A stretch of DNA of 62,936 nucleotides, filler included, from Octopus bimaculoides (GCF_001194135.2; 8 parts of 8 records of this genome joined end to end with filler, not necessarily neighbours in it), one strand, 5' to 3'. Positions 49,861 through 62,450 are shown, counted from the first letter of the whole stretch. Notes: generated by a model not told the origin, from the letters alone. Program-made: numbers and translations.

Positions 49861-51207
49861 TGATACGCGTCGGTCGTAAAACATCGAAGTCCTAATCGTG
49901 GCTTAGTTTCCACGTCGCACCTCTTCCGCCAGGACGCATCAATTAACTTTTGCTTCTCCATGTGGAAGACTGCACAGGTTAATTACGACAACGCAACCTT
50001 CGTATTTCACGCCGGAGAAACGTCCAAATGCCATTTTCGATGCAAAGCCGTCTGTAACGGTTTCTTTTCTGATCACCTCTTTTGTTCAACTAAGCTTTAT
50101 CAACTCCACTCTCTTCAGACTAGTTTTTGACGATCTTCCCCCATTAATTCTTTCTTCAGTAGTTCCTGAATTCGGCTTTCCTCATCGATGAATGATGTAT
50201 TTAGTTTCTAATAGCGAGGTTCCTGCCAATGATTTTTTTTTATTAAATTGGCTGTGAAGAACAACCAAAACTGTGGATGCCCTACACCATTCCTGCCTGT
50301 TGTGCAAACAAATACTCTATCGAGACACTTCTGCATCAAGTATATTCGAGTCTCTGTTGGCACCGTCACACAAATCGACATCCCACCCTTAAAGCAAATG
50401 GGCGACGTAGTAGGGTCATAGATGTTGACAGTTGGACCTCGAGGGTTATCCAGGCTCAGTTCGCATTGAAGGTGGTTTTGGTTCTGGACACTTCTCAATA
50501 TTTCTCCGCTTGATAGCACTCATTGTGGTATTCCAGTCCTTCGGTGTTCTATTCAAGTTGGTAAAAAGGTGAAGTCCTCTGACAGCTCGTGAGAGTGGAA
50601 GTTTTCTTCTCCTTCCCTTTGTTGTGACACATAAGCTCCTCTGTGCCGTGCTGTCTGCCCACCTCAACGTACCACGCAATGTCTCATATGTTTTTAAAGA
50701 ACTCTTCCGTCTGCCCTGGCTTAGGGTCTGCACCATTCAAAACTGCTTGTACGTGATCTTCCTCCTGGCATTTTTCAATAGTTTCCTTTCTGGAGAGGAT
50801 ATCAGTCTTGTCTCAATGACATTTTTATCGTATTTTTGCAAGCGATTGCCCAAAGTGTTCTTTCTATATGGGAAAAGTATCCTTTTTGTGTAGGGAATAC
50901 TTTTCTGCTAGTTTTGTTGTTCTCATTGTTTGACAGTTAAGGTCCACATAATCTCATTGTCAAAGTGGTAAAAACTAGAAGAATGCTAAGGGTATCATCT
51001 GAGACAGAAATATCGGAGTGAATCTTCGTGAACTGTTTTCGCAAAGTCTCTAGCCACACCAACTTCCAGTTTTATCTCCAACCGTTTTCACACTGTCTCT
51101 ATTTCTGGATCCAAACGAATCAGTGCAAAAGAATGCAGATGATATTGCACAGATTTTACTCCTCTTAAAACTAACTGATGCGCAAGTCATAATTTTGGGC
51201 CCAACTG

Positions 51208-51413
51208 ACTCTTTTAATCTTTTACTCTTTTACTTGTTTCAGTCATTTGACTGTGGCCATGCTGGAGCACCGCCTTTAGTCGAGCAAATCGACCCCGGGA
51301 CTTATTCTTTGTAAGCCTAGTACTTATTCTATTCTATCGGCCCCTTTTGCCGAACCGCTAAGTGACGGGGACATAAGCACACCAGCATCGGTTGTCAAGC
51401 AATGCTAGGGGGA

Positions 51414-51465
<52 letters not shown>

Positions 51466-51600
51466 CGACGGGCTTCTTTCAGTTTCCGTCTACCAAATCC
51501 ACTCACAAGACTTTGGTCGGCCCGAGGCTATAGTAGAAGACACTTGCCCAAGATGCCACGCAGTGGGACTGAACCCGGAACCATATGTGGTTGGTAAGCA
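51208..51600 (-). mobile_element. Family-A SINE, head truncated
   Basis: Reverse complement of the 46064 copy. Confidence 0.85.
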
Positions 51601-52369
51601 TTTTTTTTTTTTTTGTGATTACAAATAAGACAGCAGATCTTTTGTTGAGGTGGTCAGGTTTGTCTCATGTCTTCGAGTTCTAATTTCGAATCCTTCCATG
51701 ACTTACTAGGGTGGTAGACTTGATGCGTCATCCTGGTTCCTTGAGTGCTTTTAACGGAGACTACTCTTGCAAGCATTCGAGCCAGGATACTTTCCTACTT
51801 CCCACGAGTGTCAGAGACCTTGTTTAAAGTTTATTGGGCACTGCCTTCCATTCTGATTAAATTATTTTTATGTAAACTCCTCTTGTTTTGTATTCACCTC
51901 CATTGTCTTTGAGTTCTTGTGGCCTGCTAGAAACAACATCCAGTCCTTCCTCAAATCATTCCCCAATGTCTTTTTCTAACAATGTGTTGTCTCGGACTAC
52001 ATCGAATAAAGATGCACGAGTTACTGGATAGCTTAACGAATCAGTAGCATGGCCAGGACCGGAACGCTTGTGACTGTACGCCTGCTTAATTAGAGATCAT
52101 CAACTCAACAAAAACAAGAACAACAACTATTGCTGCTGCTACCACCACCACCAATACCACCACCAATACCACCACCACCAATACCACCACCACCACCACC
52201 ACCAATACCACCACCACCATCACCACCAATACCACCACCACCACNNNNNNNNNNNNNNNNNNNNNNNNNNNNNNNNNNNNNNNNNNNNNNNNNNNNNNNN
52301 NNNNNNNNNNNNNNNNNNNNNNNNNNNNNNNNNNNNNNNNNNNNNNNNNNNNNNNNNNNNNNNNNNNNN

Positions 52370-52400
<31 letters not shown>

Positions 52401-52401
<1 letters not shown>

Positions 52402-52580
52402 CGGCGAGCTAGCAGAAGTCCGTCTTTAGATTCTGAGTTCAAATACCGCCGTGGTCGAATTTGCCTTTAATCGTTTCAGAGTCAATAAAATAAGAACCAG
52501 TTGTGTAGTGAGGTTCACTGTAAATGATTTAGCCCTTCCCAAGAAATTGTTATCCCCGTGCCAAAATTTGAAACCATTAT
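52401..52580 (+). mobile_element. Family-B SINE
   Basis: GGCGAGCTAGCAGAA...GAGTTCAAATACCGCCGTGGTCGAATTTGCCTTTAATCGTTTCAGAGTCAATAAAATAAGAACCAGTTG. Confidence 0.7.
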
Positions 52581-52652
52581 TATTATGTTTTGTTTTTTCC
52601 TCTTTCTTCAAATTTTCTTCCATTTCTCGCCGAGTGTTTTCCGTACATCTAG

Positions 52653-52703
52653 GACAAAGAAGCTCATTGTATGCATTCCCAGTTTACACACGCAAATTCA
52701 CAG
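52653..52703 (+). CDS. Candidate exon 4 (GQRSSLYAFPVYTRKFT)
   Basis: cgtacatctag|...ACA G|gtaaaa, 51 nt, phase 1/1, compatible with exon 3. Confidence 0.45.
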
Positions 52704-52767
52704 GTAAAATATGTATTTTAAAAAAAATCAATAAATAAATGAAATTCATGAATGGATGTTTTCACAG

Positions 52768-52832
52768 CGATAATGTTCTCAGTACATGAGTCGTTCCAGT
52801 TAACACGATTTTTTGCACTTTCTGTAGGGATG
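52768..52832 (+). CDS. Candidate exon 5 (AIMFSVHESFQLTRFFALSVGM)
   Basis: tgttttcacag|...ATG|gtaagc, 65 nt, phase 1/0, after a 64-nt intron. Confidence 0.45.
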
Positions 52833-53314
52833 GTAAGCCTGGTATCATTTTCAAATAGGTTTCAGTACCTTTTTTTTTTATCATTCCTAGAGATCCTACA
52901 ATCACTGGTACGGTAGTTGCCTTGAGGTGCTACATTTCTTCAATTTCTATTAGCAAGTCTTTATATTTACTTATTATTATTATTATTATTTTATGTTTGA
53001 CTTTTGTTTTGCATTTGTACAAGTTGGATCCAAGTCTCACCCAGAGACCTCAAGAGACAACAAGTTAGAAGTTCATGTAGGTGTTATGCCTAGGGTACCA
53101 TATATTTGGATTTGTACAATTTTGTTCAAGTGAATGTTTAAGAAACCATAAGAAAATTATGTGTTTGCTTTAAAATTTGAGATCATATAGACAGNNNNNN
53201 NNNNNNNNNNNNNNNNNNNNNNNNNNNNNNNNNNNNNNTTAATTAATTAANNNNNNNNNNNNNNNNNNNNNNNNNNNNNNNNNNNNNNNNNNNNATATAT
53301 GAATAAATGCATGC

Positions 53315-53348
<34 letters not shown>

Positions 53349-53678
53349 ACACACACACGCACACAAATAACGCATCCGCGCGTACATAAACACGCACATA
53401 CATACACAGACACACTGATAAGGAAGGCAGGAACTCCCGCCTCCTTCTCACACTACATCATAATTCTACCTTGAATCCTACGAAGCATTCTGTCATACTA
53501 CAACTATGACTGTGCGCTTTATTAAGCCATGTAGATTGGAGGGCGTCGTCGACTACAATTCATTTGTCCACGCTAATTAAAAAGGTCACCGATTGTTGGT
53601 TGGTGAGTGACCCTGACTCAGAATCGCTTCTTCAACCCGAGTGCCGGGTGTTTGATAATAGAGCGCAATATAGTGATG

Positions 53679-53750
<72 letters not shown>

Positions 53751-54043
53751 TAGACAGCGTGAGAGAAGTTAATTTGTTAATGAACGGGAAGTCATGGCTG
53801 ACGCGTAATAATGGATGGGGGAGGCTGTCTAATTAATATTGCCGTAGCATATTATAAGAGACTATTATTAGATTTACTGTCGAACGGGAAATGTACCGCG
53901 TATGCATCGTAGACATCATACAACACAGAATGGAGACGTATAGCAAGGAATCTCACTACAGCAACAGGTTAGTTTCATTACGTACGAACTTTTTGAGCGT
54001 ATACGTCATTTTACATACGTAAATACACACACACACATATACA

Positions 54044-54074
<31 letters not shown>

Positions 54075-55031
54075 CATCGTATTATATTATATAAATATAT
54101 TATATTATATATATATATATATATATATCGTATTATATTATATAAATATATTATATTATATANNNNNNNNNNNNNNNNNNNNNNNNNNNNNNNNNNNNNN
54201 NNNNNNNNNNNNNNNNNNNNNNNNNNNNNNNNNNNNNNNNNNNNNNNNNNNNNNNNNNNNNNNNNNNNNNNNNNNNNNNNNNNNNNNNNNNNNNNNNNNN
54301 NNNNNNNNNNNNNNNNNNNNNNNNNNNNNNNNNNNNNNNNNNNNNNNNNNNNNNNNNNNNNNNNNNNNNNNNNNNNNNNNNNNNNNNNNNNNNNNNNNNN
54401 NNNNNNNNNNNNNNNNNNNNNNNNNNNNNNNNNNNNNNNNNNNNNNNNNNNNNNNNNNNNNNNNNNNNNNNNNNNNNNNNNNNNNNNNNNNNNNNNNNNN
54501 NNNNNNNNNNNNNNNNNNNNNNNNNNNNNNNNNNNNNNNNNNNNNNNNNNNNNNNNNNNNNNNNNNNNNNNNNNNNNNNNNNNNNNNNNNNNNNNNNNNN
54601 NNNNNNNNNNNNNNNNNNNNNNNNNNNNNNNNNNNNNNNNNNNNNNNNNNNNNNNNNNNNNNNNNNNNNNNNNNNNNNNNNNNNNNNNNNNNNNNNNNNN
54701 NNNNNNNNNNNNNNNNNNNNNNNNNNNNNNNNNNNNNNNNNNNNNNNNNNNNNNNNNNNNNNNNNNNNNNNNNNNNNNNNNNNNNNNNNNNNNNNNNNNN
54801 NNNNNNNNNNNNNNNNNNNNNNNNNNNNNNNNNNNNNNNNNNNNNNNNNNNNNNNNNNNNNNNNNNNNNNNNNNNNNNNNNNNNNNNNNNNNNNNNNNNN
54901 NNNNNNNNNNNNNNNNNNNNNNNNNNNNNNNNNNNNNNNNNNNNNNNNNNNNNNNNNNNNNNNNNNNNNNNNNNNNNNNNNNNNNNNNNNNNNNNNNNNN
55001 NNNNNNNNNNNNNNNNNNNNNNNNNNNNNNN

Positions 55032-55349
55032 AACAGCCTGCTCGTGAAATTAACGTGCAAGTGGCTGAGCACTCCACAGACGCGTGTACCTTTAACGTAA
55101 TCCTCGGGGAGATTCAGCGTGACACGGCTAGCCCTTTGAAATACAGGTACAACAGAAACAAGAAAAAAGAGTTAGATAAAGTCCTGGTGAAAGAGTACAG
55201 CAGGGTTCGCCACCATCCCCTGCCGGAGCCTCGTGGATCTCTAGGTGTTTTCTCTGAATAAACACTCACAACGCCCGGTCTGGGAATCGAAACCGCGAAC
55301 CTTCGACAGCCAGTCCGCTGCGCTAACCACTGGGTCATTGCGCCTCTAC
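55032..55349 (-). mobile_element. Family-D SINE
   Basis: GAGGCGCAATGACCCAGTGGTTAGCGCAGCGGAC...GGTTTCGATTCCCAGACCGGGCGTTGTG. Confidence 0.75.
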
Positions 55350-55591
55350 ACGTTACACACATATTTGTGTGTGTATGTATGTATGTATGTATGTNNNNNN
55401 NNNNNNNNNNNNNNNNNNNNNNNNNNNNNNNNNNNNNNTTAATTAATTAANNNNNNNNNNNNNNNNNNNNNNNNNNNNNNNNNNNNNNNNNNNNGGGCAA
55501 CGCCGGGTTGCTCTGCTAGTATATTTATAAAAAAGAAGTTTGAAAACGCCAATATATAAAAAGTGAATTTTAATTTAAAATTTTGTTAGAG

Positions 55592-55644
55592 ATATTTTTA
55601 ACATGTTTCGGTTCTTATAAAAACGAACCTTATCAAAAATACAT
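55592..55644 (-). ncRNA. Minimal hammerhead-like motif with compensated U3-A8 core, 3' of PLE ORF
   Basis: Minus strand: ATGTATTT TTGATAA GGTTC gtttttataa GAACC GAAAC AT GTT AAAAATAT. Helix II 5 bp perfect, palindromic helix III ACATGT, helix I 7 of 8 pairs, GUU triplet. Confidence 0.6.
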
Positions 55645-55993
55645 ATTTTAATGAAATTATATGAAGAGTTCATACTTGTTCCTTACTGGTGTCAATAGTC
55701 CACGTGGGGGCATTTTTTGTTGGTTGTAGTAGTAGTAGTGACCCTGTTGGTAATGGTAAATGGCAGTGACCTCTGTCCGTGTCAGTAGCAGTAGTTAATT
55801 GGTTGTAGTGGTAGGGGTGGAAGCAGCAGCAGCAGCAGTAGTAGTGACCGAAATAGCAGTAGTAGTAGTGACCGTAATAACAGTAGCAGTAGTAGCAGCA
55901 GCAGTAGTAGTGATAGTAGTAGCAGTGATTGTTAGTAGTTACCTTAATAGTAGTAGTAGTTGTGACCGTAATAACTAATATATGATTTTAATG

Positions 55994-58132
55994 TTACTGG
56001 CTCAGGGTGTTTAAACTTTGCCCGAATTTTCTAATAAAACGAAGCTCTTTGTTTTGACGTTGGGTGAAAGTTGTGTTGTAATTGAATTGGTAAAGTGGGA
56101 AGGTCGTAAACTTTGGATTTTTATTCAGTGTACATCTGCCTATGTGGTCACTGACAGGTACTTCTCTGTATTCAGGATTCCTAATTTGGGATTTATGTAA
56201 TGCCATCCTTTTTTGTAGGCCTATATATTGCCTATTGCATCCTGCGCATGTAATTACATAAATTAGGTTTTCCGATGCACAGGTGAAGTTTTTTGTGATG
56301 ATGAAATAATGGCCTTGTTCTAATGTGTATTCCGACCCTTCTACTAGGATGGTACAAATCCCGCAGTTTAGCCTTCCACACTTTTTGACTGTTGGTTTTG
56401 TGGTAATTATTGGGTGCAGTTTAGCCTGTGTTAAAATCTTCTTTAAGGATTTTGGCTATCGTTTGCTTTTTATGATGGTGTGTGTTTGGAGGATTTGATT
56501 CATCCTTGGGTCTCCCTTGAGTAGGGCTGTGTTTTGGAGTATGGTATTGAAGGCCTCGTTGTTAAGTGGGTTGTGTGTAGAGATGTAGGGTAGGGTTTTT
56601 AATTTTTCATCCCCTTTTGGTTTTGGTTGTCTCAGGTCTTCTANNNNNNNNNNNNNNNNNNNNNNNNNNNNNNNNNNNNNNNNNNNNNNNNNNNNNNNNN
56701 NNNNNNNNNNNNNNNNNNNNNNNNNNNNNNNNNNNNNNNNNNNNNNNNNNNNNNNNNNNNNNNNNNNNNNNNNNNNNNNNNNNNNNNNNNNNNNNNNNNN
56801 NNNNNNNNNNNNNNNNNNNNNNNNNNNNNNNNNNNNNNNNNNNNNNNNNNNNNNNNNNNNNNNNNNNNNNNNNNNNNNNNNNNNNNNNNNNNNNNNNNNN
56901 NNNNNNNNNNNNNNNNNNNNNNNNNNNNNNNNNNNNNNNNNNNNNNNNNNNNNNNNNNNNNNNNNNNNNNNNNNNNNNNNNNNNNNNNNNNNNNNNNNNN
57001 NNNNNNNNNNNNNNNNNNNNNNNNNNNNNNNNNNNNNNNNNNNNNNNNNNNNNNNNNNNNNNNNNNNNNNNNNNNNNNNNNNNNNNNNNNNNNNNNNNNN
57101 NNNNNNNNNNNNNNNNNNNNNNNNNNNNNNNNNNNNNNNNNNNNNNNNNNNNNNNNNNNNNNNNNNNNNNNNNNNNNNNNNNNNNNNNNNNNNNNNNNNN
57201 NNNNNNNNNNNNNNNNNNNNNNNNNNNNNNNNNNNNNNNNNNNNNNNNNNNNNNNNNNNNNNNNNNNNNNNNNNNNNNNNNNNNNNNNNNNNNNNNNNNN
57301 NNNNNNNNNNNNNNNNNNNNNNNNNNNNNNNNNNNNNNNNNNNNNNNNNNNNNNNNNNNNNNNNNNNNNNNNNNNNNNNNNNNNNNNNNNNNNNNNNNNN
57401 NNNNNNNNNNNNNNNNNNNNNNNNNNNNNNNNNNNNNNNNNNNNNNNNNNNNNNNNNNNNNNNNNNNNNNNNNNNNNNNNNNNNNNNNNNNNNNNNNNNN
57501 NNNNNNNNNNNNNNNNNNCACTTGAAGTTGGTGATGTAATCGTACTCCTTGTCTGTGAGTCCTTCTCGGTATGAGTTGAGTAATGTCCTGAGGTTATTCA
57601 TTATTTTTGGTTGATTATAATGTTGGGCTCTTTCGTAGTATGTCTCATCTCCTAATAGGGATAGTACTAAATTTTTATAATCATTTGTGTTCATTAGAAC
57701 TACCGTGTTGCCCTTATCTGCCTTCTTGATCATTATGGTTTTATCTTCTCTTAGTTTGACGAGGTCGTTCCATTCTCTTTTGTTGAAGTTTGGTCTGTAT
57801 TTTTGCCTGTTTGTGAGTTGAAAAGGGAAATTGGTTATGTGGTCACAAAAGCGGTCTAAGGCTTTATTCTTTCCCTTGGTGGGGGTGTAGTCGCTGTTGT
57901 TTCTAGCTATAGATTCGTCATCCATATGTTTTCCATGAAATTCCTCGGCAAGTCTCAATTTCCTACAAAATTCCGAAATATCGTCTTTCATTTCATAGTA
58001 ATTTGGACGTTGTGGGATTGGGGTAAATTTAAGTCCTTTGGATAGTATGCTTATTTTGTTGGGTGTAAGGTCTTTATTTGAGAGATTGATTATTTTAATT
58101 ACCTGTGGTTTCTTTTGTTTGTCCGTTACCAT
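55994..58132 (-). mobile_element. Penelope-like element, near full-length ORF (RT core hidden in an ~876-N gap)
   Basis: N-terminus INLSNKDLT...LSKGLKF.P...IKKADKGNTVVLM. After the gap: LPYISTHNP...KSKR*PKSLKK...KKCGRLNCGICT...NLIYVITCAGCNRQYIG-LQKRMALHKSQI...VSDHI...RQNKELRFIRKF..SLN. One stop and a short in-frame deletion after YIG. Confidence 0.92.
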
Positions 58133-58299
58133 CGTGTATCCCTGTTCCTGTGCGTTAGGTCTAAAAAATGGTTGGTGTTTCTATGTTCAAAAGTACTGTT
58201 TATCTGTCTCCTATTGTTGTAATTTTTAAAGTGAGGTTGTGGTGCTCTATTTTGTGTGTGTGTGTGTGTGTGATCCCCAGTATGTGCAACAATGCATCA

Positions 58300-59220
58300 T
58301 TTCATATGCACATGGAAGCAAAGTGCAGACAACTGGTAGGATGAATACTAAGGACCTTCAAGACAAGAGATCAAAAAGTTATGTTGACCCTGTGGAGGAC
58401 CTTTTTTCTCAGTTGCTCTCAGCTATGATCACCATATAGTGCCAAACTAACAACAGAGCTACACTAAAAAGAGTGAAACAGTGCAGAAGATGGACTACAT
58501 GGAGAAGTTGAAAAATCTCTGACTTTACTTCCTGGAGTGAAGGTGTGACAGATATGTAATAGTCTCCATAAGGAAAGCTCTCAGAGTCACAGACAGTGAA
58601 AGACTCTGAGATTACAGCGCATTCAGATCCTGTATATGTAGGCTGGAGTACCTTTGTGAGTTGATAGTGCAATGTTTGAAACTTTCCAGCATTAAACGGC
58701 ATGTTGCTTACTTCATTCCACTGCTGTATTGCATTCAGGTCTTGTTGTAAGCTTGAAATGTCATTTGGATTTTTATTGCCTGCGATGATTTTGTATCATC
58801 AGTGTAGCTAGTGACAGTGGCTGTCTAAGTGACCATGGGCATGTCTAAAGCCATTATAAACAGTAATGGCCCCGAGATAGTACCCTGTCCCCAAGATAGT
58901 TCATTTAGGATTTGAATTTCTTTAGAAAGGCACCATTGGCTGCACTTGCCTGACTCCTGTCTTTAAGGAAGTCATGCAACCACACTTTCAGTTAACTAGC
59001 AATGCCAAGGTCTCACAGCTTATGACATATCCTTTTATATTCTACCTTATATCTGAATAGTCGAGCAGCTGTTTCAAAACCCAGTCATAGTGCTGTAAGA
59101 GCTGTGTGAAGCAGCTTCTTCCTAGACGGAAGCCATACTGTGTATTGTTCAGTAAGTCATTTTCTTCTAGAAATATTATCAGTTTCTTTCTGATGATTCA
59201 TTTCATGACTTAACTAATAT
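58300..59220 (-). mobile_element. Degraded CR1-group LINE reverse transcriptase fragment
   Basis: LEENDLLNNTQYGFRLGRSCFTQLLQHYDWV...GQGTISGPLLF...SYTDDTK...LQQDLNAIQQW...MPFNAGKFQ. Confidence 0.8.
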
Positions 59221-59594
59221 GTAAAGTCAAGGATTGGCCTGTATTGTATGGCTTCTGCTTTGCTCCCACCATCTGTGGATGGGGCATATAATGCCTTCTT
59301 TTAGGAAGTTGATCACTTGCAAGGAAACACTAGAAAAGTATCTGGCAAAAGAGACTGATAGAATCAGTACTTGGCATACAAAAACAATAAGTCCTGGGTT
59401 GATTTGTTCAACTAAAACCTTTCAAAGTGGTGCCACAGCTTGGCCACCGTCAAATGACTGAAACAAGTAAAAGATAAAAGTTATATATATAATACTTTCT
59501 TTTCTACTACAGGCACACGGCCTGAAATTTGGAGGAAGGGGATAGTCGATTACATCGACCCCAGTACTCAACTGGTACTTAATTTATTTGCTTC

Positions 59595-60641
59595 ATGTCG
59601 TTGATGTCCCATCTTTAACATAACCCCATAAAAAAAAGGTCCAAAATAGTGATATCTGGGGAATGAGGTGGCCAGGGAATTGGGCATCCCTTCCAATCAA
59701 CCAATCTGGAAATGTTTGATTTAGGAACCCATGAACATGTAGTCCCCAATGTTGCAGTGCACTATACTGGGAAATAATGGTTGGTTGATGGTCATGCATT
59801 TGTGGTGCCACATATTCAGTCAAAATGTCAAGGTAAACATTTGCAGAAATTAATCTTTGTATAAAGAAAGATGGACCAACAATTTGAATGCACATCATCC
59901 CACACCAGACATTCACCTTTGGTCTATCTCAGTGAAGTTTCCTAGTCACATAGGGGCATGCTGATCCCAGATCCTTTCATTATGTGTTCAGTTTCCCTGA
60001 AACATGAAAAGTTGTCTCATCACTAAAATGAACTCAGGTGAGGAACAACTGCATCCTCAAAAATTCATTCCAGTATGTTAACTACTAACTCCTTTCATCT
60101 TGGTTTATCATTTGGTTTGAATAAGAGTTGCACTTTGTAAGTGTACAGTTGCAAATACTTGTGGAGGGCTTTGTGCACTGTTGAACGTGGTATCTGTAAC
60201 TGTCAGGCAGCAGTACATATGGACTTTGTAGGAGGACTAGCAAAGTCTTGTCTTACATGATCGATGTTTTCCTGGGATTATTTTGGTCCTCCACTCCTCT
60301 CTTTATTCAACACTGGTCTTGTTTCCAAAAATTTCTTGTGCCATACACAAATTGACAGAAGTAACGGTGGGTTTTTTCCTGTAGTTTTGCTGGGTCTGCC
60401 TGTCCAATTTTGTTTCAGTAAACCACAATGTGCATTGTGTCTTTTCTTAAGGAGTAGCCATTTTTAAGGGTTTCGTTTAACAGAAACTTTTCCATCATCA
60501 GGGAACCTGAAAAACACAAATGCAATGTGGTTTAAAATTTTGATAACCACTGAGTACATAGAACAAATCTGATAAACATATCCCATGAATTGCCTTTGTA
60601 ATAAATTTTACAAATTGTAAACAGACTTTATGAATACCTTG
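59595..60641 (-). mobile_element. Tc1/mariner element (rosa/DD41D-like), 3'-truncated, pseudogenised
   Basis: TA plus TIR CAAGGTATTCATAAAGTCTGTTTACAATT at 60641. MATP*EKTQC.LWF.ETK...RSG.P...IPRSTVHK...FSDETTFHVSGKLN...KVNVWCG..IVGPSFF...NVYLDIL...HWGLHV..FL...FP...IGRD...FFLWGYVKD. Confidence 0.85.
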
Positions 60642-60875
60642 TATATATATAAATATATATATATATGTATATTTCAATAATAATAAAAAGGTAAAATTAA
60701 TCAATTAATTAATTAATAATTAATAATTTTACCAAGTAGTTTGGTACATTAAAATAACATTTTTTAAGTAAAATTATATGTGCGTTACTGTCTGGGAGAT
60801 CTTTATGGTAGCGAAAAAGGCATTGTAACTCCTATTTCTAAATTTGGTGCGTGGCAAAGCAATTAACTGACCTCT

Positions 60876-61140
60876 CATCATCATCATCATCATCATCGTT
60901 TAACATCCGCTTTCCATGCTAGCATGGGTTGGACGATTTGACTGAGGACTGGTGAAACCGGATGGCAACACCAGGCTCCAGTCTGATTTGGCAGAGTTTC
61001 TACAGCTGGATGCCCTTCCTAACGCCAACCACTCAGAGAGTGTAGTGGGTGCTTTTACGTGTCACCCGCACGAAAACGGCCACGCTCGAAATGGTGTCTT
61101 TTATGTGCCACCCGCACAAGCCAGTCCAGGGGCACTGGCA
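60876..61140 (-). mobile_element. RTE-related non-autonomous short element
   Basis: Same family as 30828 and 42340, with a (GAT)n tail. Confidence 0.75.
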
Positions 61141-61676
61141 NNNNNNNNNNNNNNNNNNNNNNNNNNNNNNNNNNNNNNNNNNNNTTAATTAATTAANNNN
61201 NNNNNNNNNNNNNNNNNNNNNNNNNNNNNNNNNNNNNNNNGGAGAAAGAGGAAAATGGTACCGATGCCCACGAGGTTACATTGTGAAATACATATATGCA
61301 CGTGAATGTATCATGATCAGAAAAAGACGAATATCCATAGAGAGACAGACATAGAGAGGGTGTAGATAATTGCGATTTTCATGCACACGTGTGTATATAA
61401 GTATGAGAGCGGAATTTCCTAATCCGACGATATCTCAATCACACACACACACACACACACACACATAAATATGCGCGCATATATGCTAATACAAACGAAT
61501 ACGCGCTTGCGTGTGATTACCCATTATGAAGTTGCATGTCCGCTTTGTTACTGGAAATTCAGGCCAAAGTGCAGAAATGCCGGACAAGGAAACAATAAAC
61601 GACATGGCGCAAGCGCGTGCAACAATTTGTTAGACTGTACGGCATATATATATATAAGCGGACTTGTATGCACGAG

Positions 61677-61708
<32 letters not shown>

Positions 61709-61725
61709 GTCTATCTATCTATGTC

Positions 61726-61770
<45 letters not shown>

Positions 61771-61800
61771 GGTCATTACATCTTTTTCCTTTTTTTAGAG

Positions 61801-61864
<64 letters not shown>

Positions 61865-62164
61865 ATATGTATGTATGCACGTGTGTATGTGCGCGTGTGA
61901 CTGTATGTATACAGAGCGAGAGAGAGAGAGAGAGAGAAAGGTGGGGGGGGAAGGAGAAGGAGAAGGATAGCCGAATTATGAAATCTTCCACACAATGTAA
62001 ATTAGAGGATGGTGAACGAGGTGAAGAAAAGGAGATGAGGGGGGGGGGAACTGGCTTCTGGTGTCTGGTCGAGGAGATGGGTGAGACTTCAAGTGCCAGA
62101 TCTCAGCAGAATAGTGTCATTCAATTTGGGCTACAAAGATCTTCGTTGTTATTCATAAAAAAAA

Positions 62165-62168
62165 AATG

Positions 62169-62202
<34 letters not shown>

Positions 62203-62450
62203 TTACTACTACTACTACTACTACTACTACTATTACTACTATTACTACTACTACTACTACTATAATTAGCTATTGCTATCGCCACCACCACCACCACCAT
62301 CTCTTCTACTACGCCATCACTACCTCCATCATCATTGCTGTTATTAACCTTCACCAATTCCTCCACCACCACCACCACCACCACTACTACTACTACATCT
62401 ACCACTAGCACCACCACCATTAGTACTATTGCCATCACCGCCGCCGCCGC
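62165..62450. repeat. Mosaic ACT/ACC/GCC trinucleotide array
   Basis: Directly visible. Similar arrays at 52110-52400 and 55720-55970. Confidence 0.9.

Noticed and set aside
49860-51060. CpG-rich block with several short ORFs on both strands
   Set aside because: Only vague LINE-like words (SPICFKGG); cannot be assigned without a profile search.
54076-54162. ~51-bp AT-rich tandem unit running into a gap, and the 21-bp triplet at 28631, as CRISPR-like arrays
   Set aside because: Head-to-tail minisatellites without unique spacers, in a eukaryotic context with no cas genes.
60942-60965. CTGAGGA CTGGT GAAA CC in the RTE-related element
   Set aside because: No helix II can form; a chance core match.
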